Below, piece by piece: positions 10,101-19,079 of a stretch of 64,000 nucleotides of DNA (positions are counted from its first letter, which is position 1; each line of letters starts with the position of its first letter). The notes under the pieces were generated by a model. It saw only the letters and a program-made list of their open reading frames with translations, was not told the DNA's origin and ran no database searches. A program made the position numbers and the translations under genes. Source of the DNA: Vulcanimicrobiota bacterium (lineage in GTDB: Bacteria; Vulcanimicrobiota; Vulcanimicrobiia; Vulcanimicrobiales; Vulcanimicrobiaceae); NCBI GenBank assembly GCA_963833095.1, contig CAWHWQ010000002.1, forward strand, positions 256,001 to 320,000. The letters are read 5' to 3'.

Positions 10101-11397
10101 TATTGTCGCGCGCTTTGGTGACCAGCTCCTGATATTTTGCGTAAAAGCCCGCAAAGTCGAGCGCGCCTGCATTCTTGATCACCGGAACGATTAAGAAACG
10201 CGTGCCGTCCTTGCGTTCGGAATCGACGGCGAGCCCGAGATGAATGCCCGGCTCGAGCCGCTGCGGCGCGCCGCTTTCATCGCGTCGGAAACTGTAAGTA
10301 ATAAACGGCATCTCGCTCGCTGCGCGCACCAACGCGTAGGCGACGAGATGCGTGAACGAAATCTTTTCGCTTCGCCCCGCGGATTTGATCGCCGTATTGA
10401 GTTCTTTGCGGCGCGCGTCGAGCACGTCGACCGGCAGCGTGCGAAAACTCGTCGCGGTAGGAATCGTGAGCGACTGTTCCATGTAGCCCGTCAGCGCGGC
10501 AGCCGGACCTTTGAGCGGGGTGAGTTTCGCGCCGGCAGGCGGTGGCGGTAACGGCGCTGCGGCGGACGGGGATACGGTGCTGAGCTTTCGCGCGCCGTTG
10601 GCTTGCGTGGAAACGTCGCCGCGCAGAATCAACCCGTTCGGACCCGACCCCTGAATCGACGCAAGATCGAGTTCGAGTTTGTTTGCAATGCGGCGCGCCT
10701 GATGCGACGCGGTGATTTCGCCGGTCCCCCGACTACGCGGCTCCGCCGCTACGCTCGGGATGACAACATCGGGCTTCGCTGCGCTTGGTGCAGGCGCAGA
10801 TGCGCTTGCGGTGGCGGTGGCATTTGCGTCAATCTCGGCGAGCTTTGCGCCGACTGCAACAGTGTCACCGGCTTTGCCGAAGAGCTGCGTCACGACGCCA
10901 CTCGCAGTGGCCGGCACTTCGACATCGACTTTGTCGGTCGTCACATCGACGATCGTATCGCCTTCGCTGACGCTTTGACCCGGCTTCACGCGGAACTCGA
11001 CGATCGAGCCTTCGGTCACCGATTCGCCCATCTCGGGCAGCGTCACTGCAACGATTTTCTTTTCGGAAGCCTGTGCTGCCTTACCGTTAGTGAGACGCGC
11101 CGCGTCAGCGGCGGTAGCTTTAGACGGCAAAGGTTCACCTTTGACGGATAAAGCTGTGTCGATTTCGGCGAGGGTCGCGCCGACGGCGACAGTATCGCCT
11201 TCTTTGCCGAAGAGCTGCGTGATCACGCCCGCGGCGGTGGCCGGTACTTCGACGTCGACCTTGTCGGTGGTCACGTCGACAAGCGTGTCGCCTTCGCTGA
11301 CGGCATCACCGACGCGCTTGCGCCACTCGACGATGGAGCCTTCGGTGACCGACTCCCCCATTTCGGGGAGGGTTACCTTGACTACCGGATCGGCCAC
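7117..11397 (-). CDS. kgd: Multifunctional 2-oxoglutarate dehydrogenase: 2 lipoyl domains + E3-binding + E2 succinyltransferase + E1 (Kgd-type fusion)
   Basis: Two LPEMGESVTEG...TDKV lipoyl domains, TYDHRVIQG (E2), GMAHRGRL, HGDAAFTGQG (ThDP), WEAQFGDF, LPHGYEGQGPEHSS (E1). Confidence 0.95.
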   Translation of the reverse strand: MADPVVKVTLPEMGESVTEGSIVEWRKRVGDAVSEGDTLVDVTTDKVDVEVPATAAGVITQLFGKEGDTVAVGATLAEIDTALSVKGEPLPSKATAADAARLTNGKAAQASEKKIVAVTLPEMGESVTEGSIVEFRVKPGQSVSEGDTIVDVTTDKVDVEVPATASGVVTQLFGKAGDTVAVGAKLAEIDANATATASASAPAPSAAKPDVVIPSVAAEPRSRGTGEITASHQARRIANKLELDLASIQGSGPNGLILRGDVSTQANGARKLSTVSPSAAAPLPPPPAGAKLTPLKGPAAALTGYMEQSLTIPTATSFRTLPVDVLDARRKELNTAIKSAGRSEKISFTHLVAYALVRAASEMPFITYSFRRDESGAPQRLEPGIHLGLAVDSERKDGTRFLIVPVIKNAGALDFAGFYAKYQELVTKARDNKLVADDLQGASFTLTNPGGIGTVASVPRLLVGQGAILATGAIGYPAGFQSASEAALRQLGISKVMQMTSTYDHRVIQGAQSGEYLRRVDALLQGADNFYETLFKQLGLSVGKLESPRGGDGALVDKAFALDNKAAPTDEMLRAVAAAMAIVSGYRTHGHLAAHLDPLGSEPVGDPKLDPAGYGLTPSLQAAIPASVLRVFVPGATLADVLPKLREIYSSTIAYEFEHISNTEQRRWLRETIESGAHKISLSPDRQVRFLQRLTKVETFERFVRKTFLGQKSFSGEGLDVMVPMLEETLEMLADEDTPNAVLGMAHRGRLSVIAHVVNMPYEELLGEFEAAHQRGDVSSDDDVTGDVKYHHGATGVYNTSSGKQIMVTLQHNPSHLEAVDPVVEGRARALQTDHTNPMPIQDVRKAAPILIHGDAAFTGQGIISEVFNLQSLPGYATGGTLHLIANNQIGFTTDTRDSRSTRYASDIAKGFDAPIIHVNADDVDACISAVHLAEEFRKRFARDVVIDLIGYRRFGHNEQDEPAYTQPSMYEKIKSHPTARDLFANKLIAQGVITTEQASEMVTEATARLQEAYKSVKESHSGSMIEKISQSAPLPTATLVPVDKAQLLTWSEDLVTVPDGFAVNKKLTTQFERRKTTIAEKGLVDWGMAEALAFSSLLSSGVPIRITGQDTERGTFSHRHAVLHDPTSNSEYIPLQHLAAAKASFEIHNSPLSEYACVGFEYGYAAAVPKSLVLWEAQFGDFVNGAQIIIDQFIAAGQAKWGQTSRLTLLLPHGYEGQGPEHSSARLERFLQLAAEGNLRVAYPSTAGNYYHLLRQQASSPNPVPLVVMTPKSLLRAEAASGTIDDMATGSFKAVIDDPNITDKTKIERILLCSGKIYYDLIASELYPKLKKTAIVRLELLSPMPSEEINALLDTYPNIKSLVWVQEEPKNMGARAYARRRLLEKLRKPLDIGYAGRGYRASPSEGYPGAHAAEQERVVKMALTE
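10724..10765 (-). repeat. 42-bp TGTCATC palindromic repeat inserted in frame in the kgd linker
   Basis: Minus strand TGTCATCCCGAGCGTAGCGGCGGAGCCGCGTAGTCGGGGGAC; reads VIPSVAAEPRSRGT. Confidence 0.9.
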
Positions 11398-11531
11398 GTT
11401 GTTACTGCTCCATGCTGCTGAGGGAAAGTATAAGCTTCCCTGCTATTTTAACCCCACCCTCGGGCGGCCGGATACGACCAGGGAAGCGGCGAGTCCGCCT
11501 AGGCCCCTGAGCCGCCCCACCTGGGGCTCGG

Positions 11532-12242
11532 CTAGATCGTCAGGGCAGCGTAGGTGTAGCCGTATACCTTCTGGATCACCGCGACCGTTGCGACGATCGA
11601 GGGGTTCACCAGCGCCCGAGGGATCAAGTGTGTGAGTATGTCTGCGGCTACGTCCTTGGCGGACATGCCGGCCGGCGCGAGCCCGCGCTTGACGATCTCA
11701 CGCGACTGCTCTTCGACGCCCGTATGGCACGTCAAAAAGATCACGCCGCGTCGCTGCAGCATCTCGCTTGAAGCGTCTTGATACATCCCGTGCTGGTCGT
11801 CCGGATCCACGGCCGGGTCGTACGCACTCTTCGCTTTGAACCAAATGTTGCTTTCGATCGGCCTACCTTGCGCGTCTTCGATCTTGAAGAGTTCGCCGAA
11901 CCGGTATTTCTGCCAGACGTAGTCGCTATAGGTGTATCCAGCCGACGGGCCGTGGCCGGCGATTGCGATCGTAATTTGATCGGCCGAATGACCGAAGCCG
12001 AACTGCAAACCGTTAAAGCAGTTCTTGACGTTGCCAAGCATCGTGGGCCGAAAGGCCACGGCCTCGATGACTTGCCGAATCTCCGCGGGGCGGCCGACGA
12101 CGGCATCGAACGCGCCGGCGTCGAACTGCGCGCGGCGCTCGACAAAGTTCGTGCCGCCTGGGACGGCTGCGGCGGCGGCGGGGGCAACTGCGCCCGCGAC
12201 CATCGTCGCGGAAGCAGCAAGGAAACGGCTGCGTTTGATCAT
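11532..12242 (-). CDS. Tat-exported protein, possibly DsrE-like fold
   Basis: KRSRFLA Tat-like signal; HGPSA and GVIFLTCH motifs. Confidence 0.6.
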   Translation of the reverse strand: MIKRSRFLAASATMVAGAVAPAAAAAVPGGTNFVERRAQFDAGAFDAVVGRPAEIRQVIEAVAFRPTMLGNVKNCFNGLQFGFGHSADQITIAIAGHGPSAGYTYSDYVWQKYRFGELFKIEDAQGRPIESNIWFKAKSAYDPAVDPDDQHGMYQDASSEMLQRRGVIFLTCHTGVEEQSREIVKRGLAPAGMSAKDVAADILTHLIPRALVNPSIVATVAVIQKVYGYTYAALTI

Positions 12243-12275
12243 CGATCGTACTTACCGCGTCGAAGCACTTCGAAC

Positions 12276-13247
12276 CTAGACGATCTGGAGCGCGCGAGCG
12301 ATCAGTAGGCTCGACACTGCGATCGCCGCCCACAAAATCGCACCGAGTACGAGCGGGCGTACGCCGGCGGCGCGTATCCTTTGAACGTCGGTGCCCAGGC
12401 CAACGCCCGCCAGCGCGACGGTGATCGAAAAGAGCGCCAGCTCTTGCAACGGCGATTGCAGCACCGCTGGAATCAAGCCAAACGAATTGATGGCCGCCGC
12501 GACGAGAAACCACAGAATGAACCACGGAACGATCGCGCGCCAGTCGATCGCGCTCGCGCCATCTCGCGCTTGTTGGACCTTGCGCCAGGCATAGTACAAC
12601 ACGATCGGAATGATCAGCGTCGTCCGCGTGAGCTTGACGATCACCGCGTCGTTTCCCGCGTCATGACCGTACGCGAAAGCAGCTGCAACCACCGACGACG
12701 TGTCGTTGATCGCGGTGCCCGCCCACAACCCGAACGCATGTTGCGAAAGCTGCATCAGATGGCCGAGCGCCGGAAAAATCAGCACTGCCACAACGTTGAA
12801 AAGAAAGACGACGCCGAGCGAATACGCGATGTCGGCCTGGTCGGCTTCGATCACGCTTGCTACTGCGGCGATCGCTGAACCGCCGCAAATCGCCGTGCCG
12901 ATACCGACTAGACGCCGAATGTCGCGATCGAGTCCCAACGCGCGACCGACGACATAGGCGAGCACAAGCACGATCAGCAGCGTGCCGAGCATGACCGGGA
13001 GCGAGCGGGCGCCGCTTTGGATAATTTCCGTAAGACTCAAGTGCGCCCCGAGTAACACGATCGACCATTGCAAAAGTTGCTTGCTCGCAAAAGCAATTCC
13101 CGGACGCAGCGCCAATGGCGGCGTGCGCACGCTTGCAATCAACGCGCCGAGCACAATTGCAAAGACCGGTGCACCGACGATTGGTGCGGCACGCCCGAGC
13201 AGCGCCGCGACGATTGCAACGGCAAGGGCTAGAAAAAACCCGAGCAT
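12276..13247 (-). CDS. YeiH/PSE-family membrane transporter (putative sulfate exporter)
   Basis: GTAICGGSAIAA, GLWAGTAINDTSSVVAA and VKLTR motifs; many TM segments; start approximate. Confidence 0.9.
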   Translation of the reverse strand: MLGFFLALAVAIVAALLGRAAPIVGAPVFAIVLGALIASVRTPPLALRPGIAFASKQLLQWSIVLLGAHLSLTEIIQSGARSLPVMLGTLLIVLVLAYVVGRALGLDRDIRRLVGIGTAICGGSAIAAVASVIEADQADIAYSLGVVFLFNVVAVLIFPALGHLMQLSQHAFGLWAGTAINDTSSVVAAAFAYGHDAGNDAVIVKLTRTTLIIPIVLYYAWRKVQQARDGASAIDWRAIVPWFILWFLVAAAINSFGLIPAVLQSPLQELALFSITVALAGVGLGTDVQRIRAAGVRPLVLGAILWAAIAVSSLLIARALQIV

Positions 13248-13351
13248 CAACGGGGAAGAATGATCAAGGTTATCGCTCCAGTAGGAATTTAGTCCCGACT
13301 TCATTTCTTCGGTCAGGAACGCATCGCCCTGGGTCCGAAGGCACGTGGACG

Positions 13352-14176
13352 ATGATGAACCGCCGTGAGTTTGCCGGCCTGGCCGCCGGCGCAGCAGCGA
13401 CGGCATCGGTCCCAGCTCATGCGGCGGCGCAAAGCGGGTTTGGCGCTCCCCATCCGCCGATCGTGCCCGAAGACGACCCGTCGATCGTGGTCGATCGTCC
13501 ACAACTGCGTCGCCCCGACGGCGTGGTGAACGCTTACGCCGCCGTTCCGAAGCAAGTACGCGCGAACACGCCCGGTATCGTGCTGGCGATGGCGATCTGG
13601 GGCGTGGACGACCAGCTACGCGATACCGTGCGGCGCTTCGCGAAAGCCGGTTTCATGTGCATCGCGCCCGACCTGTATTCGCGGATGGGTGCGCCGAGCG
13701 GCGACGGGAGCACCGACGTCGCTACCTTCAAGCCGTTCGCCGCGCAGCTGCAGCGCAAGCAGTACGACGGCGATTTGCGTGCCGGCGGCTTGAATTTACT
13801 CTCCCGAGCCCCAAACTGCAAGCTCGGCGTCGTCGGCTTTTGCATGGGCGGCCACCTCGCGCTCATTCAAGCCCTCGATAATGCGGACGTCTTTGACGCG
13901 GTGGCACCGTTCTACGGCGCGGTCAAGGATATCGATCCGACGGAAATACACATTCCCGTCTGCGGCAGTTACGGCGAGAAAGACACGAGCATCCCCGCTG
14001 AGGATGTGCGGACGTGGCGTAGCGCGCTGCGCGTCCCAAACGACATCCGCATCTACGGGTCGGCCGGGCATGCATTTTTCGACGATACGCGAAGTTCATA
14101 TGTGGCTTCTGCTGCCGATGACGCGTGGAAGCGCGTTTTGGCCTTCTATAAGGATCAGCTCGGACTGCAAACGTGA
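13352..14176 (+). CDS. Dienelactone hydrolase family protein with Tat signal
   Basis: NRREF twin-arginine signal; GFCMGG nucleophile, GEKD, AGHAF. Confidence 0.9.
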   Translation: MMNRREFAGLAAGAAATASVPAHAAAQSGFGAPHPPIVPEDDPSIVVDRPQLRRPDGVVNAYAAVPKQVRANTPGIVLAMAIWGVDDQLRDTVRRFAKAGFMCIAPDLYSRMGAPSGDGSTDVATFKPFAAQLQRKQYDGDLRAGGLNLLSRAPNCKLGVVGFCMGGHLALIQALDNADVFDAVAPFYGAVKDIDPTEIHIPVCGSYGEKDTSIPAEDVRTWRSALRVPNDIRIYGSAGHAFFDDTRSSYVASAADDAWKRVLAFYKDQLGLQT

Positions 14177-15360
14177 CCCCTCTCGTCGATCTCCTGTTTC
14201 TGCTCATTGGCATCGCCCTCGGCGCCTTCGTGATGTATTCGCGCCAGCGCGGCGAACGCGCGGCGATCGACGCGCTGCTCGAACGAGCCAAGAACGACCT
14301 GCGTGAATCCACGACTCATCAAGCGGGTGAACGCGTCGGGCAGATCGTTGCACCGATCGCCGAGCGTCTCACCGAGTTCGACCGCGTGGTACGCGAGATG
14401 GAGAACAAGCGCAGCGAGGACAGCGGCGCGCTGCGAGCGCAACTCGAACAACTCCTTGGCCGCGCCGACAAAATCGAAACGGCAGCCAACGCGCTCTCGA
14501 ATCAAACGTCGACGCTGGTGACCGCGCTACGCAGTCCGACGACACGCGGCAAGTGGGGCGAATTTCAGCTCCGTAACGTGGTCGAAAAGGCGGGCATGCT
14601 CGCTTACTGCGATTTCGACGAGCAGCAGACAATCGCGTTCGAGTCTGGTCGCGGGCGTCCCGACATGACGATCAAGCTGCCCGGCAACCGTTGCGTCTTC
14701 GTCGACGCCAAAGCTCCCACCGATGCGCTACAGGCAGCGCTGGAATCCGCCGACGACAACACACGCCGCGAGCTGATCAAGCGCCATGCGCGCGCCCTGC
14801 AAGATCACGTCGATGCGCTCTCCAAGCGCAATTACCAATCCAGCGAGGGGTCGGCCGACTTCGTGGTGATGTTCGTGCCGGGCGAAGCATTCCTGAGCGC
14901 CGCCTGCACCGAGAACCCGATGCTGATCGAATACGCGCTCGACCGCAACGTGCTTATCGCCGGGCCGCTCTCATTGATACCGCTCTTGCGCTCGTTCGCG
15001 ATGGGGTGGCAGGCGGTAAAACAAGAAGAGAATGCCAAGCGCATTGCGATGCTAGGCCGCGAACTGTACGAGCGCACCGCGCGCTTCGCCGATCGCCTCG
15101 TCAATCTTGGGCGTCATTTGGAACGTTCGGTCGGTGCGTACAATGAGGCGGTCGGCACGTACGAATCGCGTTTACTTCCGCAGGGTCGCAAACTCAAAGA
15201 TGAATCAGCGATCGGCGGAGAAGAGCTTCCCGAACCTAGCGTGATTGATCTTGCGCCGCGCACCGTCACCGCGCTCGACGCTGAACCGCGCGACCGCCGC
15301 GCACAGCGCGCGCCCGCCGAGCCGAATCTCTTCCAAAACCAAAACGATCAAGCCGGCTAA
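14173..15360 (+). CDS. rmuC: DNA recombination protein RmuC
   Basis: RGKWGEFQL, RPDMTIKLP..VFVDAKAP, DFVVMFVPGE; N-terminal TM plus coiled coil. Confidence 0.9.
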   Translation: MTPLVDLLFLLIGIALGAFVMYSRQRGERAAIDALLERAKNDLRESTTHQAGERVGQIVAPIAERLTEFDRVVREMENKRSEDSGALRAQLEQLLGRADKIETAANALSNQTSTLVTALRSPTTRGKWGEFQLRNVVEKAGMLAYCDFDEQQTIAFESGRGRPDMTIKLPGNRCVFVDAKAPTDALQAALESADDNTRRELIKRHARALQDHVDALSKRNYQSSEGSADFVVMFVPGEAFLSAACTENPMLIEYALDRNVLIAGPLSLIPLLRSFAMGWQAVKQEENAKRIAMLGRELYERTARFADRLVNLGRHLERSVGAYNEAVGTYESRLLPQGRKLKDESAIGGEELPEPSVIDLAPRTVTALDAEPRDRRAQRAPAEPNLFQNQNDQAG

Positions 15361-15977
15361 CGCAGCGCCGCGCGCTCGAGGATCGTATCGCCGTCGCGTA
15401 GTTCGAGGGCGTCCGCCGCGGGCGCGTGCTCGACAAAGAGTGAGCTGGTCGACCCCTGTGATTGCAAATCGCCCAGGCGCCTCGCCGCACTTCCATTGAC
15501 GGCGTAGACCGCGTAGTGCTCCGAACCGTTGGCTACAATAAAGAGCCAACTCCGATCGCGCGCGTAGATCACTTTCGCCGGCGGCGCGACGGTCGAGCCA
15601 ATCGGTGCGAACTGCGCGTGATTGAAATGGTTCGCAATCATGGCGACAAGCGCATGCTGCGTCTCTTGCGTGCGCAGATAACCCGGCACCATCGTGAGCA
15701 GACCCAGCACCAAACCGGCCGCAGCGGCCAAGGCAAAACCGGCATAACGCCGCACCCGCGGCGGCGCGCCGAAGCGCATGCGCCGGTCGAGTAACTCAGG
15801 TGTCGGTTCTGCGAGATCGCCGCGCTCGAGCGCGAGCAGCGTCTCTTCTGCCTCGCCGACGTGGCGTAAACATTGCATGCAGCTCGCGATATGGGCTTCC
15901 ACGGCCGCGCGCTCGCGCTCATCGAGTTCACCGAGCACGTAGAGTTCGGCCAGATCGCCGATATGCAGTTCAAACAT
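15357..15977 (-). CDS. Zinc-finger (HxxxCxxC) anti-sigma factor, RskA-like
   Basis: YVLGELD...HIASCMQC, one TM helix; follows an ECF sigma gene. Confidence 0.85.
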   Translation of the reverse strand: MFELHIGDLAELYVLGELDERERAAVEAHIASCMQCLRHVGEAEETLLALERGDLAEPTPELLDRRMRFGAPPRVRRYAGFALAAAAGLVLGLLTMVPGYLRTQETQHALVAMIANHFNHAQFAPIGSTVAPPAKVIYARDRSWLFIVANGSEHYAVYAVNGSAARRLGDLQSQGSTSSLFVEHAPAADALELRDGDTILERAALR

Positions 15978-16498
15978 CAGCCGTCACCAGGGAGCCTCGC
16001 AGCGTACGTAATGCAGCCGAGAGGCGGCTCTTGATTGTTCCAACCGGTTCGCCCAGCGCACTCGCGATCTCGGTGATGGGTCAGGCCCTGGTAGTACGCA
16101 AACTGAATCGTCTGCGCTTGCGCCGGCGGCAACGCATCAATCGCGCGCGCGATCCGCTCGCGTTCAATCGGGTCGGGCATCAACTCTTCGCCTTCCTCCG
16201 ACGGGGCCGCGCGACGCATCGCGTCGGATTGCCGCCCCACACTGCGCAGGCGTTCGAGGGCGCGGTTTCGCGAGCAGGTCACAAGAAACGCCTCGAGCGC
16301 GCCGCGCTCGGTTTGATACGCGTCACCGCGCCTCCAGAGATGGAGCATCACTTCGTGCACACAATCTTGCGCTGCAAGGCGATCCGCGAGCACCCGCAAC
16401 GCGGTCGTGTACATACGCGCGCCGAAGCGGCGATACGCTGCTTCGTACGCCCATGACTGCCGTTCTGCAAACGCGCGTTCGAGCGCAGATTCTCGCAT
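15970..16498 (-). CDS. ECF sigma-70 factor (frameshift near 16075)
   Basis: Region 2 and LPPAQAQTIQFAYYQGLTH; region 4 continues in a shifted frame as TEIASALGEPVGTIKSRL...ADV* ending at 15970. Confidence 0.85.
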
Positions 16499-16504
16499 TG
16501 CCTC

Positions 16505-17389
16505 CTAGCCCAGTGGATGTTGCTCAATGCCTGCCGTGCCGTTATCGAGGCGCACCGTCCGATAGCCGATCGCGTGCAGTAATTGATCGTGGGGAAGGGT
16601 CAGCGGACCGGGATTCGGCGCCGTGCCCGGTTGTGGCTGCGGATACGCCGTCGCGGTCGCGGATGCAAAGTGGATGTTGCCCTCGACGTGAGTGACGATC
16701 TGGTGGATATGCCCGTTGAGCACCGTCACGTGGTCGAAGCCGGTGAGCATCGCGAGGGCGCTTGCACCGTCCTCGGTCGTCCAGCCCCACTGCGGAAAAA
16801 GCGCGTAGAGCGGCACGTGGGTGAAGACCACGATCGGCGTCGACTGGTACTGCGACTGAAGATCCTTCTTCAGCCACGAGAGCTGGTCATTGCCCATCAA
16901 GCCCATCTTCTCGAAATTGAAGACATTGAGGAGCACGATGTAGTGCACGCCGCCGTCGTCCCACGAAGCCCAACCGCCCGGTTCGGCCTCTTTGATCCCA
17001 AAGTTGGTGCGATAGGTCGCAAAGTCGTTGCCCAGCACATCGTGCTCGCCGGGAAGCGCAATTAGCGGTGCTCGGAGTTGACTCAAAATTGCGCGCGCAT
17101 CGTCGAATTGCTGTTGCGTAGAGAGATGCGTAATGTCACCGGTGTGCACGACGAACTTCGGCTGGACCGGCATCGAATTGATCGCATCGACCGATGCCTT
17201 CAACGTGGCCGAAACGTCGGGGTTGGCGGATTGATGAAAGCCGATGTGGCTGTCGCTGATCTGCACGAATTGCGTGGCCGGTGCGGCGTCGGCGAGCGCG
17301 CGGCCAGTGAAGATGCCGGCACCGGAGAGCGTGTAGGCGATACCGCTGCCCGTCCAAGCAACGTGGCTCAAAAAATCGCCGCGTCTCAC
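16505..17389 (-). CDS. Calcineurin-like metallophosphoesterase, Tat-like signal
   Basis: ISDSH, HTGDI, PGEHD, HVP and NGHIH motifs; MRRGDFL N-terminus. Confidence 0.9.
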   Translation of the reverse strand: MRRGDFLSHVAWTGSGIAYTLSGAGIFTGRALADAAPATQFVQISDSHIGFHQSANPDVSATLKASVDAINSMPVQPKFVVHTGDITHLSTQQQFDDARAILSQLRAPLIALPGEHDVLGNDFATYRTNFGIKEAEPGGWASWDDGGVHYIVLLNVFNFEKMGLMGNDQLSWLKKDLQSQYQSTPIVVFTHVPLYALFPQWGWTTEDGASALAMLTGFDHVTVLNGHIHQIVTHVEGNIHFASATATAYPQPQPGTAPNPGPLTLPHDQLLHAIGYRTVRLDNGTAGIEQHPLG

Positions 17390-17718
17390 GATTGCCCATC
17401 CTTTACGGTCACGGTGCCTTTCATGAAAGGATGCAACTCACAGAAGTAGTGATATGTCCCGGCGTGCGTGAACGTATGGCTCCAGGATCCGTCCGTGTCC
17501 ATGCCTTTCGAGTCGAACGACCCGTCGGTCGCGGTGACGGTGTGAGCATCGTCGTCGTTGTTGACGAACCGTACCGTATCACCGGTGTGGATCGTGATGT
17601 TTGGCGGCATATACGCATCGCCGTGGAGATGCACGGTGACGACGGGACTCGCCGCGGCTCCGTGCGCAAGGACGGGCGCGAGCGCGAGAAGCGCGAGGCC
17701 GATCAGAAAGTGTTTCAT
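17386..17718 (-). CDS. Cupredoxin (plastocyanin/amicyanin-like) protein
   Basis: AHTVT and YFCELHPFM type-1 Cu ligands; signal peptide. Confidence 0.9.
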   Translation of the reverse strand: MKHFLIGLALLALAPVLAHGAAASPVVTVHLHGDAYMPPNITIHTGDTVRFVNNDDDAHTVTATDGSFDSKGMDTDGSWSHTFTHAGTYHYFCELHPFMKGTVTVKDGQS

Positions 17719-17741
17719 ATCCGGTATATGCCGCCCGAGCG

Positions 17742-18128
17742 CTAACGGTTCGCCGAGGCCGGATTCGCCTGATCGTTGGGCGCCATCCAGGCCGAACCGT
17801 CGGCAAACAGGACCGATGCGACGTTGCAGCTGGCCTCGTCCCCGTACATTTCCCCTCGGAATGTGTGTGCGATAGCGACGCCCGGCGAGAAAGTGCCGCG
17901 ATCGACGATCGTCGTCTTCTTGCCGTCCTCGGAAACGTCGAATGCGACGGAAGAGATCGGCGTCGGCCCATTGTTGACGAACCGGATGTTTAGAAGGGTG
18001 CCGAAGACTTGATACGTTGGGGCATCGCCCGACGAGGACTCAGCGACCTCAGTATTGACTGAGCAGGTTGAGATCTGCACGGGGTTTGTAAGCGCAAGCG
18101 CAAGTGTGACTGCTGGTAGTGTAATCAT
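17742..18128 (-). CDS. Secreted hypothetical protein
   Basis: Signal-like N-terminus, two Cys, co-directional with the cluster. Confidence 0.6.
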   Translation of the reverse strand: MITLPAVTLALALTNPVQISTCSVNTEVAESSSGDAPTYQVFGTLLNIRFVNNGPTPISSVAFDVSEDGKKTTIVDRGTFSPGVAIAHTFRGEMYGDEASCNVASVLFADGSAWMAPNDQANPASANR

Positions 18129-18167
18129 GACCAGTATATGCCGCCGCGCGCCGTTCGGTTCGCATTT

Positions 18168-19079
18168 CTATGCCACGACCGGAAAAATTGCGATGAACGA
18201 CGCGCCTTTTTCGCGTTCGTCGAGTGCAAGCGTCCCCTCATGCGCGCGCGCAACCCAATGCGCGATTGCGAGTCCGAGCCCACTTCCACCCGCGCTGCCG
18301 CTGACGAAGCGCTCGAACAAACGCTCGCGCAACTCGGGAACGACGCCTTCACCGTCATCGCTCACCCGCAAGGTGGCGCGGCCGGCGTCGACGCCGGTCG
18401 CCACTGTGACGCACGATGCCGCATGACGTATCCCGTTTTCGAGCAGATTGCGGAGCAATTCTTGCAGACGCCGCGCGTCGCCGTCGACGATCGCGGGCTC
18501 CAGCTTTACGACGAGCTCGATGTCACGCTCGCGCGCGCGTGCCTCGAGTTCACGGACACACCGCTGCGCGATTGCTGCCAAATCGACCGGCTCACGTTGG
18601 AGTAGCGCGGGTTTGGGTGAGCGTGCCAGCGTGAGCAGATCGCCCACCATGGCGCTTGCTTCGAGCGCTGTCTTGGCAATCGTATCGAACATATCGTGCA
18701 ACTGCTTTGGATCTTGGTCCCCGCGCGCCGCCTGCGCGACGGAGGCGATGGTCGCCAGCGGCGAACGCAATTCGTGGGCAGCATCAGCAATAAACGCGCG
18801 CTCGCGCTCTTGGGCCGCAAACAGGGGGCGCAGCGACAGTTGCGCGAGACCCCACGCGGCAAAGCCAACCAGGACGAGCAGCGGCACGTCGGCCGCGACG
18901 ATCTCAAGCGCGACCCGGCGCATGTCCTGCGCGTAGACGCTTGCGCCCTCCGGCGTCGAAAGCGCCGGAAGAAGTAAGCTGTGATATTGAGTCGCCAGCA
19001 CGAAGTAGAGCGCGAAGGATGCGGCCGCAAGGACTACCGTGAAGATCGCGAGATACGCTCCGACCAGCCGCGCGATCAC
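18168..19079 (-). CDS. Sensor histidine kinase
   Basis: Two TM helices; DAAHELRSPL H-box, NLLENG, DDGEG, GSGLGL. Confidence 0.92.
   Translation of the reverse strand: MIARLVGAYLAIFTVVLAAASFALYFVLATQYHSLLLPALSTPEGASVYAQDMRRVALEIVAADVPLLVLVGFAAWGLAQLSLRPLFAAQERERAFIADAAHELRSPLATIASVAQAARGDQDPKQLHDMFDTIAKTALEASAMVGDLLTLARSPKPALLQREPVDLAAIAQRCVRELEARARERDIELVVKLEPAIVDGDARRLQELLRNLLENGIRHAASCVTVATGVDAGRATLRVSDDGEGVVPELRERLFERFVSGSAGGSGLGLAIAHWVARAHEGTLALDEREKGASFIAIFPVVA

Noticed and set aside
11421..11441. Inverted repeat AGGGAA-N9-TTCCCT upstream of kgd
   Set aside because: Only 6-bp arms; it could be an operator but there is no supporting evidence
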